Assembly (NCBI GenBank): GCA_028719205.1
Contig: JAQUKH010000001.1
Coordinates: 80,603-144,602, forward strand
DNA length: 64,000 nucleotides
DNA from: a bacterium
GTDB lineage: Bacteria > JACRDZ01 > JAQUKH01
Direction: 5' to 3'
Both the position numbers and the translations under genes were made by a program. The notes under the pieces are model-generated. The model was not told the DNA's origin and ran no database searches. It saw only the letters and a program-made list of their open reading frames with translations. Below are positions 50,015-61,641 of the stretch, in pieces (the stretch's first letter is position 1; each line of letters opens with the position of its first letter).

Positions 50015-51149
50015 TATTTTTTAACTCCTTTAGGATTGATAAAGCCGCTCGATTGGCCGCCCCGGACACCCCCAGTTTCCCGCGAATTTCTATCAAATTA
50101 TTCTTCATTTCCTTCCGCGTATTTTCATCCCTTATTATTTCAGACACAACAGGAAATATTTTTTTTGTCTTCGCGTTACCCTGAAGGAGCTCAGGCACTA
50201 TCATCTTTTGCGCTAAAACATTCGGCAGGCCCAGATAAGGAATCTTAATCAAAATCCTGGCCAGAATTGACGTAAAGAAACTTACCTTCCCTAAAATTAC
50301 CATTGGTGTTTCTAATATAGCCGTTTCCAATGTAGCAGTACCGGAGGCAACCATGACAAGGGTGGAAATAGATATAAGTTCATAATTCCACCCGCTTATA
50401 ATCGATATGGGAAAATCCAATTTCTTTAGTTTGTCTTCAATTATTTTAATATTCAGATTATTGGCCCAGCAAATGAAAAACTGGCTTTCAGGTATATTTT
50501 TTTTGACTTTCGTGCAGACATCAACCATAATAGGAAGTAATTTATCTATTTCATCAGACCGGCTTCCCGGCAAAAGGCCTATTATAGGGTTATTCGCGTT
50601 AAACCCGAATTTTTTCATTGTTTCTTCTTTTGATAGTTTAGATTTAACCAAATCTAAAAGCGGATGGCCGACAAATTCAACATTTACTCCCGCGTTTTTA
50701 TATATGTCCTCCTCAAAGGGAAAAACTACTATCATTTTTGTTACTAATTTCTTTAAAACATTTATTCGCCCTTTGTTCCAGGCCCATATTTGCGGGCTAA
50801 TGTAATAAATAACCGGTATCCTCTGTTCATTTATAAAACGTGCCAACCGGATATTAAAACCGGGATAATCTATCAGAACAACCAGGGACGGTTTTTCTTT
50901 ATAAATAAATTTTTTAATTTCATCAAAGGCTTTTCTTATTAACCCCAGGCGTGAAAATATTTCCGTGAAACCGAATATTGCCAATTGTGTTGATTCAAAT
51001 ATGATCTTTGCGCCTGAAGCCTCCATTTTTTTGCTTCCAACAGCATAAATTTCAAGATCCGGATCCAATTTTTTTAGTTCCTGAGTTAATAACCCGCCAT
51101 GCAGGTCACCTGATGCCTCACCTGTTACAATTAATATTTTATTTGACAA
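50007..51149 (-). CDS. lpxB: lipid-A-disaccharide synthase
   Basis: IVTGEASGDLHGG N-terminal motif. Confidence 0.9.
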   Translation of the reverse strand: MSNKILIVTGEASGDLHGGLLTQELKKLDPDLEIYAVGSKKMEASGAKIIFESTQLAIFGFTEIFSRLGLIRKAFDEIKKFIYKEKPSLVVLIDYPGFNIRLARFINEQRIPVIYYISPQIWAWNKGRINVLKKLVTKMIVVFPFEEDIYKNAGVNVEFVGHPLLDLVKSKLSKEETMKKFGFNANNPIIGLLPGSRSDEIDKLLPIMVDVCTKVKKNIPESQFFICWANNLNIKIIEDKLKKLDFPISIISGWNYELISISTLVMVASGTATLETAILETPMVILGKVSFFTSILARILIKIPYLGLPNVLAQKMIVPELLQGNAKTKKIFPVVSEIIRDENTRKEMKNNLIEIRGKLGVSGAANRAALSILKELKNNV

Positions 51150-51170
51150 ATTACTCCTTCAACTACTTGC

Positions 51171-51977
51171 CTATTCCACAACCACTATTGATATTCCGGC
51201 CTTATCAGCCATTTCAACTGTTTCATCTTTATCGACTAAAAAGGTTCTGCCTGCTTTTATTGCCAAACAACTTGCTTTTGTTTCGATCATAACTTTTATT
51301 GTTTCAATTCCAACGGTCGCTATATCAAAACGCGGATCCTGATTTTTTTTGCTGGTTTTAGCTATAATCGCTTCTTTACTTATGGACGCTCCTCTTCTTA
51401 CCGCCTCTGTAGTGCCTTCTATTGCCTCAATAGCCATAATTGCCTTATTTTTTATAACAATGGTCTGGCTTATATCCAATTCAGCGATCTTTTCAATTAT
51501 TTGCATCCCGAATTTAATATCCTGATATTCTCTTTCATTCGGTTTTTTCTTTGTTAATACAGACGGAGGAAAAAGTAAATGCGATAAAAAAGCGGTCTGA
51601 GGCAAAACGGTTATGCCTTCTTTATCCAATTCTTTAACAATAGCTGTAAGAATAGTTGAGTCTTGCCGGTCTTTTAGCGTAGCCAGCAATTTAATTGACC
51701 TTAGATCGAATTTCAAATTATGATAAAGCAAGTCTTTCTCTACTTTACCGACCATAACCAATTCATTAACTGATTCATCTTTTAAAGTAGAAATTATCTT
51801 GCCTAATTGTGTAGGGCTAATATCAAATATTTTAAAACAATATTTATTTAGTTCATTATCATTAGTTTTATCGATGGATATGGCTACTATATCAAGGCCT
51901 TTCTCTTTCATTGACCGGGCTAAAACTAAAGGTATTCTCCCTTTACCCGCAAACAATCCAATTTTTTTATTTTCCAA
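51171..51977 (-). CDS. lpxI: UDP-2,3-diacylglucosamine hydrolase LpxI (DUF1009)
   Basis: Position between lpxA-oxidoreductase and lpxB; family length and motifs. Confidence 0.7.
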   Translation of the reverse strand: MENKKIGLFAGKGRIPLVLARSMKEKGLDIVAISIDKTNDNELNKYCFKIFDISPTQLGKIISTLKDESVNELVMVGKVEKDLLYHNLKFDLRSIKLLATLKDRQDSTILTAIVKELDKEGITVLPQTAFLSHLLFPPSVLTKKKPNEREYQDIKFGMQIIEKIAELDISQTIVIKNKAIMAIEAIEGTTEAVRRGASISKEAIIAKTSKKNQDPRFDIATVGIETIKVMIETKASCLAIKAGRTFLVDKDETVEMADKAGISIVVVE

Positions 51978-52129
51978 AATATTCTCTCCAATGAGCCCCG
52001 ATATTAATCGGGACGAATTGGACCCCGATATAGCATCGGGGCCAATTCATTTAAAAAAAAGCCCGTGCTAAAAAGCTCGGGCAATTATATTTTTTATTTT
52101 GTTTAAGCACTGCGCGCCGTGCCCTGACG

Positions 52130-53104
52130 TTAGCTCGCGTTTTTGATCATTTTCTGTTTTTTTAGCATTTCAACAACATCCAGCGCCATTGCCAGGGATC
52201 TTAAATCTTCCATTTCTGAATTTGATTTTTTCTTTTTTATAACATTATTAATAAAATATAATATTTCTAATTTCAAAGGATTATCTTTATGTACAAATAT
52301 ACGCTCAATGAAAGACTCCTGCTTATATCTTAGCGCTTCTTTAGTAAGTCGGTACTCGCTCGCGGCCTGCCGGTGTATATGAAGATCCTGATCCGTATAA
52401 TCAAGAAAAATATAAGCGTCTTTTTGTGTTACCGCGAGTGTCCGTATTTTATGTTCTGTCACGCGGCTCGCGGTGATATTTGCCAGACATCCTGATTTAA
52501 ATACCATTTGGATATTAGCAAGGTCTTCATGCTCTGAATAAACTGAATTCCCGATAACATTAATTTTTTCAACTTCGGAATTTACGAGATTAAGAATAAT
52601 GTCGATATCGTGGATCATCAGATCCATAACTACGCCTATATCCTTAACCCTTGGATTGTACGGCCCAAGCCTTCTTGTTTCTATAAGCATAGGATTTTCA
52701 ACTATATTTTTTAATTCCTGCACTGCCGCGTTAAACCGTTCTACATGCCCGACATGCAAAACTACACCTTTTGCTTTTGCAATCCTGAATAATTCTTTAC
52801 CTTCCTCAATGGTCCTCGTCATAGGTTTTTCCAACAGGACCGGAATTCCGGCGGATAAAAAATCCTTAGCAACTTTGTAATGGAGACTGGTAGGAACCGC
52901 TATACTTACAAAATCAACCTTGCCGAATAATTGTCTATAATCATCATAAGCTATTGTATTATATTGATTGGCTACTTCATTTGCTCTTTCTTTATTAATA
53001 TCGCATACCGCGGCAAGTTTAATTCCCATCAACTCGGCGTAAATCCGAACATGATATTTACCCATTTGCCCGGTTCCAATTACACCAGCCCTCAATTCTC
53101 TCAT
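52130..53104 (-). CDS. Gfo/Idh/MocA-family oxidoreductase (typical companion of lpxI)
   Basis: GVIGTGQMGKYH N-terminal Rossmann. Confidence 0.8.
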   Translation of the reverse strand: MRELRAGVIGTGQMGKYHVRIYAELMGIKLAAVCDINKERANEVANQYNTIAYDDYRQLFGKVDFVSIAVPTSLHYKVAKDFLSAGIPVLLEKPMTRTIEEGKELFRIAKAKGVVLHVGHVERFNAAVQELKNIVENPMLIETRRLGPYNPRVKDIGVVMDLMIHDIDIILNLVNSEVEKINVIGNSVYSEHEDLANIQMVFKSGCLANITASRVTEHKIRTLAVTQKDAYIFLDYTDQDLHIHRQAASEYRLTKEALRYKQESFIERIFVHKDNPLKLEILYFINNVIKKKKSNSEMEDLRSLAMALDVVEMLKKQKMIKNAS

Positions 53105-53892
53105 AACATATCTCCTCTTTTACAAATACCTCTTTTAGAAATTTCAACAAATTCTACAAAATGTTTTATTTCAGGTATAGATAAATCAAGATCGTTCTTA
53201 ATCATATTAATTGCTTTGTCTATAGCTATGTTCTGACTATAAAGAATCTTATAAGCTTTCTTTAATTCCGCCCTTGCTTCCTGTGAAACTTTATTTCTTA
53301 CCATTCCAACTTTGTTTAGACCATACGGTTTTGCCGGGTGGCCATCCACCATAACATATGGCGGCACATCCTGAGTAATCTTAGACATTCCTCCGATCAT
53401 AGCCATTGTGCCTATGCGTACAAATTGATGAATTCCCACCATTCCGGAAATAAACGCTTTATCTTCAATAATAACATGCCCTGTTGCCGCGCTGAAATTT
53501 ACAATTACAACTTTATTACCGATCCTGCAATCATGCGCTATATGCACTGAACCCATAAAAAAATTTTCGTTTCCAATACTTGTTATACCATCTTTATGTT
53601 TAGATCTGTGGATCGTAACGTATTCCCTGATAATATTATCATCACCGATTACAACGACGCTTTGATCTCCTTTGTAGCTTACATCCTGAGGAGCAGTTCC
53701 AATTACGGCGCCGCAAAACACATGGCATTTTTTACCTATTTTAGTCTTTCCCTCAATATATACATGAGCATCAATGATTGTTCCGTCTCCAATTTCAACA
53801 TTACCTTTTAAAATAGCATAAGGCCCTATTTCGACATTTTTACCCAGCTTTACTTTTTTATCAATTATTGCCGTTTGATGGATTTTCATCAT
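53101..53892 (-). CDS. lpxA: acyl-ACP--UDP-N-acetylglucosamine O-acyltransferase
   Basis: Hexapeptide repeats; LpxA length. Confidence 0.9.
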   Translation of the reverse strand: MMKIHQTAIIDKKVKLGKNVEIGPYAILKGNVEIGDGTIIDAHVYIEGKTKIGKKCHVFCGAVIGTAPQDVSYKGDQSVVVIGDDNIIREYVTIHRSKHKDGITSIGNENFFMGSVHIAHDCRIGNKVVIVNFSAATGHVIIEDKAFISGMVGIHQFVRIGTMAMIGGMSKITQDVPPYVMVDGHPAKPYGLNKVGMVRNKVSQEARAELKKAYKILYSQNIAIDKAINMIKNDLDLSIPEIKHFVEFVEISKRGICKRGDML

Positions 53893-54328
53893 TTTCTCCC
53901 TTTTCAGAACCTATAGTTGCCATTAACTCTGCCTCAGCAACTAATTTATCTTCCACAAAGGCTTCTCCCCGCATTTTACAAACTCTCCCTTTTCTCTTTA
54001 AAATGGAAACTTCCAATCTTAGTTGATCTCCCGGCACTACTGGTTTACGGAATTTAACTCCATCAATAGCCATAAAATAAACCAGGCCGCCTTGTTTTTG
54101 CGCCTCTTTCAGAATAAGTATGCCGCCAGCCTGTGCCATAGCTTCAACGATTAACACCCCGGGCATAATCGGGTGTCCCGGAAAATGTCCATTAAAAAAT
54201 TGATCATTTATCGTAACATTTTTAATACCAATAATTTTTTCTCCGCTTTTTATTTCAATAATCCGGTCTACAAGTAAAAACGGATACCGGTGAGGTAATA
54301 TTTTTTGAATCTCAGATATTTCCAGCAT
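53861..54328 (-). CDS. fabZ: 3-hydroxyacyl-ACP dehydratase
   Basis: LPHRYPFLLVDRI...HFPGHPIMPGVL. Confidence 0.95.
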   Translation of the reverse strand: MLEISEIQKILPHRYPFLLVDRIIEIKSGEKIIGIKNVTINDQFFNGHFPGHPIMPGVLIVEAMAQAGGILILKEAQKQGGLVYFMAIDGVKFRKPVVPGDQLRLEVSILKRKGRVCKMRGEAFVEDKLVAEAELMATIGSEKGENDENPSNGNN

Positions 54329-54330
54329 AT

Positions 54331-55194
54331 CTAATCTCCTTTTATATGAACTTTGTTATTTTTATTATCATTAATAAAATTTTTGATTTTCCGGACCAAT
54401 TCTATATTTAATGAATGGCCTGACTTTATGGCAATAATATGAGCTAAAATAGGTTTCTCCAGCAAATACAGATCACCTATCAGATCTAATATTTTATGCC
54501 TTACACATTCATTTTCAAAACGTAAACTATCATTGAGAATACCTGTGTCCCCAATAACTATGGCATTTTCTAAACTTCCGCCATGCGCCAGGTCATTTTT
54601 CCTGAGTTCTGATACTTCATTTAAAAAACCGAAAGTTCTCGCCGAAGCAATTTCTTTCCTGAATATTTCAGGATTTATCTTAAAACTTGCGTATTGAGTC
54701 TTAATAACCGGATGGGCAAAATCAATTGTAAAACTTATTTTCATTTCATCAGACGGCAAGGCCACAAGATATCTGTCATCTGAACTTGCCCATATTGGTT
54801 CATCAACAATAATAAATTTTCTATTTTGATCCTGCTCTTCCAAACCGACTTCCATTAATAAATCAACAAATAACCTGGAACTGCCGTCAACTACAGGAGG
54901 CTCATCCGCGTCCATTTCAATAATAGCGTTATCTATTTCCAAACCGGAAAAAGCTGCTAATAAATGCTCCACCGTATGTATAGCCATATCAGCACGGCCT
55001 AAAGTTACTTCTCTTTTACTATTAATTACACTATCAATATTCCCATTTATTATTTCATGTTTTAACTTGTCTATTCGTTTGAATCTAATGCCTGTATTCA
55101 CTTTAGCGGGCAATATTTTAATACTGATTTTACTGCCTGTATGTAATCCTGTACCGGAAACATATATTTCTTTTTTTAACGTTTTCTGCTTCAT
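54331..55194 (-). CDS. lpxC: UDP-3-O-acyl-N-acetylglucosamine deacetylase
   Basis: VSGTGLHTGSKISIKILPA. Confidence 0.9.
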   Translation of the reverse strand: MKQKTLKKEIYVSGTGLHTGSKISIKILPAKVNTGIRFKRIDKLKHEIINGNIDSVINSKREVTLGRADMAIHTVEHLLAAFSGLEIDNAIIEMDADEPPVVDGSSRLFVDLLMEVGLEEQDQNRKFIIVDEPIWASSDDRYLVALPSDEMKISFTIDFAHPVIKTQYASFKINPEIFRKEIASARTFGFLNEVSELRKNDLAHGGSLENAIVIGDTGILNDSLRFENECVRHKILDLIGDLYLLEKPILAHIIAIKSGHSLNIELVRKIKNFINDNKNNKVHIKGD

Positions 55195-55195
55195 T

Positions 55196-56218
55196 TTATT
55201 TTTTATTATCCATATTGATCTTTTTTTCTAAATTAGAGATCTTCTTTTTCATATCTTTAAGTTGATTCATTAAAACTAATTGCTCTTTAGTTTCACTTAA
55301 AGGCCTCGCGGGTGTTCCCCAAAACACACCGGACGAAGGAAGGGATTTCGTAACACCTGATTGGGCCGCGATAATAGTTCTATCACCAACTTCAATTCCA
55401 TTTGTTATTCCAACTTGTCCTGCAATTATAACTTCTTTTCCGATCTTACTGCTTCCGCCTAATGCCGCTTGAGCTACAATTAAACAATTCTCGCCGACAG
55501 TAACATTATGTCCGATATGCACTAAATTATCGATCTTCGTGCCTTTCCCGATATTTGTGTTCTTAAATTTTCCTCTATCAATCGCCGTATTTGCGCCTAT
55601 TTCCACATCATCTTCAATATTTACAGCACCTAAATGCGGAATTTTAATATGTTTACACTGGCGTTGTATATAACCAAATCCATCACAGCCAATTACAACA
55701 CCCGAATGAATTATGACTCTTTTTCCTATACATATATCATCATAAACAGCTACATTAGAATGTATCCTGGTATTTTCACCTATCTTCGAATTGTTTCCGA
55801 TATAACATTGCCCGATAATGACCGACTTATCACCTATTTCTGTGTTATCTCCAATAATCGAATATGGCCCGATAAATACATCTTTTCCTATTTTGACATT
55901 TTTACCTATTATAGCGCTTGGATGAATACCGGATTTAAATGTTTTATCCGGTATTACTTTATTTATTAATAAGATATAAGAAAAACAGGGATCATTTACA
56001 TATATCACAGTCTTTTTTTGTATCCTGTTTTTTAAATTAAAAGGAGCAATAACACACATTGATAAACTTTTTTCTAAAAGAGGTAAATATTTCTCTTCCT
56101 GAATAAAAGTAATTTCATTTTCTGCCGAGTCTTCCAAACCCGCAAAACCTTTTATTTGAAAGTCAGCATCACCCTGTAATTCACCTGAAATTATATTAGC
56201 AACTTCTCCTGCCTTCAT
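55196..56218 (-). CDS. lpxD: UDP-3-O-(3-hydroxyacyl)glucosamine N-acyltransferase
   Basis: Hexapeptide repeats; N-terminal LpxD domain. Confidence 0.9.
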   Translation of the reverse strand: MKAGEVANIISGELQGDADFQIKGFAGLEDSAENEITFIQEEKYLPLLEKSLSMCVIAPFNLKNRIQKKTVIYVNDPCFSYILLINKVIPDKTFKSGIHPSAIIGKNVKIGKDVFIGPYSIIGDNTEIGDKSVIIGQCYIGNNSKIGENTRIHSNVAVYDDICIGKRVIIHSGVVIGCDGFGYIQRQCKHIKIPHLGAVNIEDDVEIGANTAIDRGKFKNTNIGKGTKIDNLVHIGHNVTVGENCLIVAQAALGGSSKIGKEVIIAGQVGITNGIEVGDRTIIAAQSGVTKSLPSSGVFWGTPARPLSETKEQLVLMNQLKDMKKKISNLEKKINMDNKK

Positions 56219-56235
56219 TAATGATTTCCCTTTAA

Positions 56236-56754
56236 TTATTTCTGTTCATTCAATTCTTTTATAACCTGGCTTGTAATATCGATCTCCGGGGAGCCATAAA
56301 GTACAGAACTATAATTTTTTTCCAATATCAAACTATATCCTTTTTCTTTCCCGATTTTATCAATAATATCTCTTATTTTTTTTATAAGCGGTTCTGTAAC
56401 TTCAGATTCTTTTTTTGATATTTCTTTTTTTGCCGATAAAGCCATTCTTTGATATACTTCCATTTTTTCATTTATAACATTTTCCTTTTCTTTCTTCTTT
56501 TCCGCGCTTAACATAACCTGTTCCTCTAATGCCTTTTGCAGGCTCTCGATCTCCGCGCTTAATTTATCTATGTCAATCTGTTTTTTTTCTACAACTCCCT
56601 GGAGATCTTCTTTCGCTTTTTTGCCAACATCACATTCCTCAAGTGTTTTTTGAATATCAACAAAACCAACTTTAACTACCTGAGCGGCATTTATTTTATA
56701 AGGTAACATACATACTAATCCCAATATCGTTAAAACTCCGATTATCTTTTTCAT
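56236..56754 (-). CDS. skp: periplasmic chaperone Skp (OmpH)
   Basis: Signal peptide, size, position between lpxD and bamA. Confidence 0.8.
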   Translation of the reverse strand: MKKIIGVLTILGLVCMLPYKINAAQVVKVGFVDIQKTLEECDVGKKAKEDLQGVVEKKQIDIDKLSAEIESLQKALEEQVMLSAEKKKEKENVINEKMEVYQRMALSAKKEISKKESEVTEPLIKKIRDIIDKIGKEKGYSLILEKNYSSVLYGSPEIDITSQVIKELNEQK

Positions 56755-56829
56755 TTATTTTCTCCTTTTTTGTATTTCAAAAGTGTTAGTATATCAAATT
56801 TTTATAATTTCCGCAATTATATATGAAAG

Positions 56830-59205
56830 TTAGAATAAAAGGCCCAGATTAAAATGAAATAGCCCTCTAATCTCCCCGCCTTCATCAAAACCCCATCCAT
56901 AATCGAGCATTATTGGAAAAACTGGTGTTTCGATCCTTAGCCCAATGCCTGCGCCCCTCTTCAATTTTGATATTTTAACTTCTTTTACCTCATCCCACGC
57001 GTTGCCGGCGTCATAAAAAATAAGTCCGCGAAGCTGGTCTGATAACGGGTACATATATTCTATATTTGTCACTAACATGGTTTTTTTCCCGTCCGCAATC
57101 CTTCTTTCATCATAACCCCTGACAGTATACGCGCCTCCGACATCAAACCTTTCGATCCTCGGTACCTCTGCTGATCCGTCAAAAGGACTTACATAACCGG
57201 CACGCCCTCTAAGAACCAAGACAAAATCCGAGAATGTTCTAAAGTGCCATCTTGTTTCTAACGTATTTTTTACAAAATTACCTGTTCCGCCCAAAGGCCC
57301 TCCCGCGTATGTTACAGACCATGTGTTATAAGAACCTTTTGTCGGGAAAAAATAATTATCCCTGGTATCACAAGTTAAGGTTAATCCTAAACTGCGTGTA
57401 ATTACATTTTCTTCAATAACATCTGACGGTAATGGATAACTTCCTATTATACGATATCGTCCTTTTTCATTATTATAACGTAAACCTGCCTTGACATATT
57501 CACTGAGCGGCCTTCCTAATCTTATAGCCCATCCTTTTTTCCTATAGTTATAAGCAGTTTTTTCTAAATTGCCGTCACCATTAACATCTTCTTCTCCGAA
57601 AATTTCCCTGTCAGTGCTGAATAGATCAAAACCAAATAAGGTCTTAGTGTCTAAAAAGTAAGGATCAGTAAAACTAAATTCATATTTATTTGATATTTTT
57701 CCGACCTGCGCGCTTAAATCAATCTCCTGGCCATTTCCAAACAGATTTGTTTTATTTAAGGAAATAGTTCCGACTAATTTATCTACTGAACTGTATCCCA
57801 CGCCTGCCATAAATCTTCCTGTAGATTTTTCTTTAACTTTTGCCAAAAGGTTTAATCTCTCTCTGAAGGATGTCGGTTGAGTATCTATTTGGATATCCTC
57901 AAAATATCCGAGATTATACAACTTCTGTACACTTCTGCGGACTTTTGTTCCATTGAAAATATCGCCCGGGTTTATAACGAATTCGCGCCTTATAACTTTA
58001 TCTTTAGTAACCTTATTGCCGCTTATTTTTATTTTTTCCAAGAAGACCTGAATGCCTTCCTCTATCTCGAATAGAACAGTAACTGTCTTTTTTTCTTCAT
58101 CAAATACCTGCCGCGGGTTTACCTGACAATAAATATATCCCAGTTCGGAATAACTGGAACGGATATTTTCAATGATCTCTTTTACTCGAAAATTACTAAA
58201 AATATCGCCGTTTTTCACTTCTCTTTTAAAGACCCTGCCGATCATGATATTTTTCCATTCAGTTTCCTTATTTTCCGGAAATTTTGTCCTGCCGCTAAAA
58301 CTTACATTATTAAAGTAATATTTATTGCCTTCTTCGATGTCAATAGATATATCTAACCACGTTTTATTAATCGTAAACCTTCTCCATTTATAACTTTCTT
58401 TTATTTCATCAACAGAATGCCTGATTACTTTTGCTTTGACATAGCCTTTACGGTCGTATATTTCCACGATTTTCACCAAATCCTGGTCAAAATCCTCTTT
58501 TTTGAAAACCCTGTCATGAAAAAAAATGAAAGACCTGCTCCAGGTCTTTATTTTATTTAAAATCTCATTTTCAGGTATTACCGTGTTCCCTGATATTTTT
58601 ACTTTTCTAATTTGCGTGGAACTGCCTTCTTCAATATTAAATTTAATAGTTACATACGCGCTATCGTTAGAATATGTCTCTTTCGCGGTAACTTCTGTGA
58701 AATAATATCCTTTCTCATTATAAAAACTTTTTATTTTTGCCAGATTATCAGACAGATTTTCCTGATTATAAGGTTTCCCGCGTTTAAATTGCTGTTTTAC
58801 CGGAAGTTCCTTAAGAGCTTCCTGTATTTCCTTACTCTTAATATTATCATCACCGGAAAATTTAATATCTTTTATCAGTGTATTTTCCTCGACAATAAAT
58901 ATTAATTTTATGCCTTCTTTTTCTTCCTGAAGATCAATTTTTATATCTTTAAAAAGTCCGGTTTCATATATTCTTTTAAAATCACTTTTAAGAACCTCTT
59001 GTGAAAATTCACTGCCTTTGGTTAACCTGATTTTATGCAGAATAATATTCTTACTGCTTGCAAGTTTATTCCCGATAACAGAAATATCTATTATCGGTTT
59101 GCCAAAAGAATCACCGGCTTCAGCTCTATTCTCCACTTCAGTTAAAATGAAAAAAAAGAGGCTTAGTATAACTATTTTAAAAATTTTATTTAATGCCTCT
59201 TTCAT
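56830..59205 (-). CDS. bamA: outer membrane protein assembly factor BamA (POTRA repeats + Omp85 barrel)
   Basis: Length; C-terminal barrel ending ...GLLF. Confidence 0.9.
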   Translation of the reverse strand: MKEALNKIFKIVILSLFFFILTEVENRAEAGDSFGKPIIDISVIGNKLASSKNIILHKIRLTKGSEFSQEVLKSDFKRIYETGLFKDIKIDLQEEKEGIKLIFIVEENTLIKDIKFSGDDNIKSKEIQEALKELPVKQQFKRGKPYNQENLSDNLAKIKSFYNEKGYYFTEVTAKETYSNDSAYVTIKFNIEEGSSTQIRKVKISGNTVIPENEILNKIKTWSRSFIFFHDRVFKKEDFDQDLVKIVEIYDRKGYVKAKVIRHSVDEIKESYKWRRFTINKTWLDISIDIEEGNKYYFNNVSFSGRTKFPENKETEWKNIMIGRVFKREVKNGDIFSNFRVKEIIENIRSSYSELGYIYCQVNPRQVFDEEKKTVTVLFEIEEGIQVFLEKIKISGNKVTKDKVIRREFVINPGDIFNGTKVRRSVQKLYNLGYFEDIQIDTQPTSFRERLNLLAKVKEKSTGRFMAGVGYSSVDKLVGTISLNKTNLFGNGQEIDLSAQVGKISNKYEFSFTDPYFLDTKTLFGFDLFSTDREIFGEEDVNGDGNLEKTAYNYRKKGWAIRLGRPLSEYVKAGLRYNNEKGRYRIIGSYPLPSDVIEENVITRSLGLTLTCDTRDNYFFPTKGSYNTWSVTYAGGPLGGTGNFVKNTLETRWHFRTFSDFVLVLRGRAGYVSPFDGSAEVPRIERFDVGGAYTVRGYDERRIADGKKTMLVTNIEYMYPLSDQLRGLIFYDAGNAWDEVKEVKISKLKRGAGIGLRIETPVFPIMLDYGWGFDEGGEIRGLFHFNLGLLF

Positions 59206-61628
59206 AATTTAGCTTTCTCAAAAACTATTGATTCATCCTTCTGCATAAGGGAAACTATGTCTCCTTCTTTTATGCGCCCGCTCAACAATTCACCGGCTAA
59301 AAGGTCTTCAATATATTGTTGAATAACACGGCGGAGCGGACGAGCCCCCAAATTCTCATCGTATCCTTTTTTGATCAGAAAATCTTTTGATTCAGCTGAA
59401 AGGACCAGTTTTATCTTTTTTTCCTCCAGCCTTTTCAAGACATCGCTCAATAAAAGATCGATTATCTTCTCTAATTCTTTTTTACCCAGTGAATGAAAAA
59501 CAATAACTTCATCTACACGATTAAGAAATTCAGGCCTGAATGTCTTTTTCAATTCCTGTATGAGTTTATCTTTCATATCAGAATAATTTTTTATTTTATT
59601 ATCTTTTGTAAAACCGACTTTCTGCATCTTATTTTCAATTTCACGCGCTCCCACATTAGAGGTCATGATCATAACTGTATTTCTGAAATCCACCGTATGA
59701 CCGAGATTATCGGTTAAATGTCCGTCTTCCAGAACCTGAAGCAGTATATTAAAAACATCCGGATGAGCCTTTTCAATTTCATCTAAAAGTACAACTGAAT
59801 ACGGTTTACGGCGCACACGTTCCGTTAACTGGCCGCCTTCATCATAACCTACATATCCGGGAGGAGCTCCGATCAAACGTGAAACTGAAAATTTCTCCAT
59901 ATATTCAGACATATCGATTTGGATTAACGCGTCTTCATTTCCGAATAGGAAATCCGCTAAAACCTTAGCAAGTTCAGTTTTCCCAACACCGCTTGGCCCA
60001 AGAAAAATAAATGACCCGATTGGCCTTTCGGGATCCCGCAACCCCGCTCTTGCCCGGCGAATAGCCTGGGATATAATATGGATTGCCTCGTCCTGCCCGA
60101 CTATTTTCTTCTTTAACTCATCTTCCATTCGTAAAAGCCTGACTGTTTCTTCTTCTTTTAATTCTGTTACAGGAATACCCGTCCAACGGGAAACAATAAA
60201 AGCTATATCCTCCTGGGTTATCTCAGGTTCATTTTGTTTTTGGGATTCATCCCATTCTTTTTTTTTGTCTTCAACGCTCTGCTTAAGCCTCCATTCTTTA
60301 TCCCTTAACATAGCTGCCTTTTCAAATTCCTGCGCTTTTATTGAGTTATCCTTTTCTTTTCTAACAATTTTAATTTCTTCCTCAATGTCCTTAGTATCCG
60401 GCAATACATTAATTTTTTTAAGTTTAACGCGCGCGCTGGCTTCATCTATAAGATCGATTGCCTTATCAGGAAGAAATCTGTCAGAAACATACTTATCCGA
60501 CATCTTTGCGGCGGCAATTATTGCCTCTATACTGATCTTTACGTGATGATGAGTTTCATATTTTTCACGCAAGCCTTTTAAGATCTCGATCGTTTCCTCA
60601 ACATTTGTAGGCTCTATCAGAACAGATTGAAACCTTCGTTCTAACGCGCCGTCTTTTTCTATATATTTTCTATATTCATCCAGTGTTGTTGCTCCTATAC
60701 ACTGAAGTTCTCCCCTGGATAACGGCGGTTTCAGCATATTTGAGGCGTCTATCGCGCCCTCAGCGCCGCCGGCGCCGATCAGGCTGTGTATTTCATCAAT
60801 AAAAACAATTATATTTTTAGCACTGCGTATTTCATTAATAATTGCTTTCATTCTTTCTTCAAACTGCCCGCGATATTTTGTTCCTGCCACGATCCCAGGC
60901 AGATCCAAAGTTAAAACACGTTTATTTAATAAGATATCAGGCACATTTTTTTCTACTATTCTTTGCGCCAGCCCTTCAACAATGGCTGTTTTTCCGACAC
61001 CCGCTTCACCTATCAGGATAGGATTATTTTTAGTCCTGCGGCTTAAGATCTGAATAACCCTATCGATCTCGTTATTCCGGCCAATTACAGGATCAAGTTT
61101 TTTCTCACGCGACATTATAGTCAAATCACGGCAAAATTCATCAATAACCGGTGTTTTACTTTTTGCTTTTTGTTTTACGCCGGGGACAGCACCGCCATTG
61201 AGAAGTTTTATTGTTTCTTCCCTTACTTTTTGATATGAAATTCCCAGTTTCCCCAAAACTTGTGCCGCTATGCTTTCCTCTTCTTTAATAAGCCCCAATA
61301 AAATATGTTCAGTACCTACGTAAGTATGGTTAAAAGCACGGGCTTCTTCAATAGCTAATTCTAAAACTTTTTTTGCGCGCGAACTGAAAGGAATTTCTCC
61401 CAGCGTCAACATCCCCCCTCCGGATTTTACTAATTCCTCTATCATGAAAATAATATTTTCTATATCAGCGCCCAAATTCTGCAAAATTACCGCGCCAACC
61501 CCCTGTCCTTCACGTATAAGGCCCAAAAGAATATGTTCAGTGCCTATATAATCATGATTAAGCCTGCCAGCCTCTTCCCTTGCCAATATAATAACCTTTC
61601 TCGCTCTTTCAGTAAATTTATCAAACAT
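59202..61628 (-). CDS. clpC: ATP-dependent Clp protease ATP-binding subunit ClpC (double Clp-N, two AAA+ modules, UVR motif)
   Basis: [20 protein letters not shown]...; two Walker A sites. Confidence 0.9.
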   Translation of the reverse strand: MFDKFTERARKVIILAREEAGRLNHDYIGTEHILLGLIREGQGVGAVILQNLGADIENIIFMIEELVKSGGGMLTLGEIPFSSRAKKVLELAIEEARAFNHTYVGTEHILLGLIKEEESIAAQVLGKLGISYQKVREETIKLLNGGAVPGVKQKAKSKTPVIDEFCRDLTIMSREKKLDPVIGRNNEIDRVIQILSRRTKNNPILIGEAGVGKTAIVEGLAQRIVEKNVPDILLNKRVLTLDLPGIVAGTKYRGQFEERMKAIINEIRSAKNIIVFIDEIHSLIGAGGAEGAIDASNMLKPPLSRGELQCIGATTLDEYRKYIEKDGALERRFQSVLIEPTNVEETIEILKGLREKYETHHHVKISIEAIIAAAKMSDKYVSDRFLPDKAIDLIDEASARVKLKKINVLPDTKDIEEEIKIVRKEKDNSIKAQEFEKAAMLRDKEWRLKQSVEDKKKEWDESQKQNEPEITQEDIAFIVSRWTGIPVTELKEEETVRLLRMEDELKKKIVGQDEAIHIISQAIRRARAGLRDPERPIGSFIFLGPSGVGKTELAKVLADFLFGNEDALIQIDMSEYMEKFSVSRLIGAPPGYVGYDEGGQLTERVRRKPYSVVLLDEIEKAHPDVFNILLQVLEDGHLTDNLGHTVDFRNTVMIMTSNVGAREIENKMQKVGFTKDNKIKNYSDMKDKLIQELKKTFRPEFLNRVDEVIVFHSLGKKELEKIIDLLLSDVLKRLEEKKIKLVLSAESKDFLIKKGYDENLGARPLRRVIQQYIEDLLAGELLSGRIKEGDIVSLMQKDESIVFEKAKL

Positions 61629-61641
61629 GATGTCTCCCCAA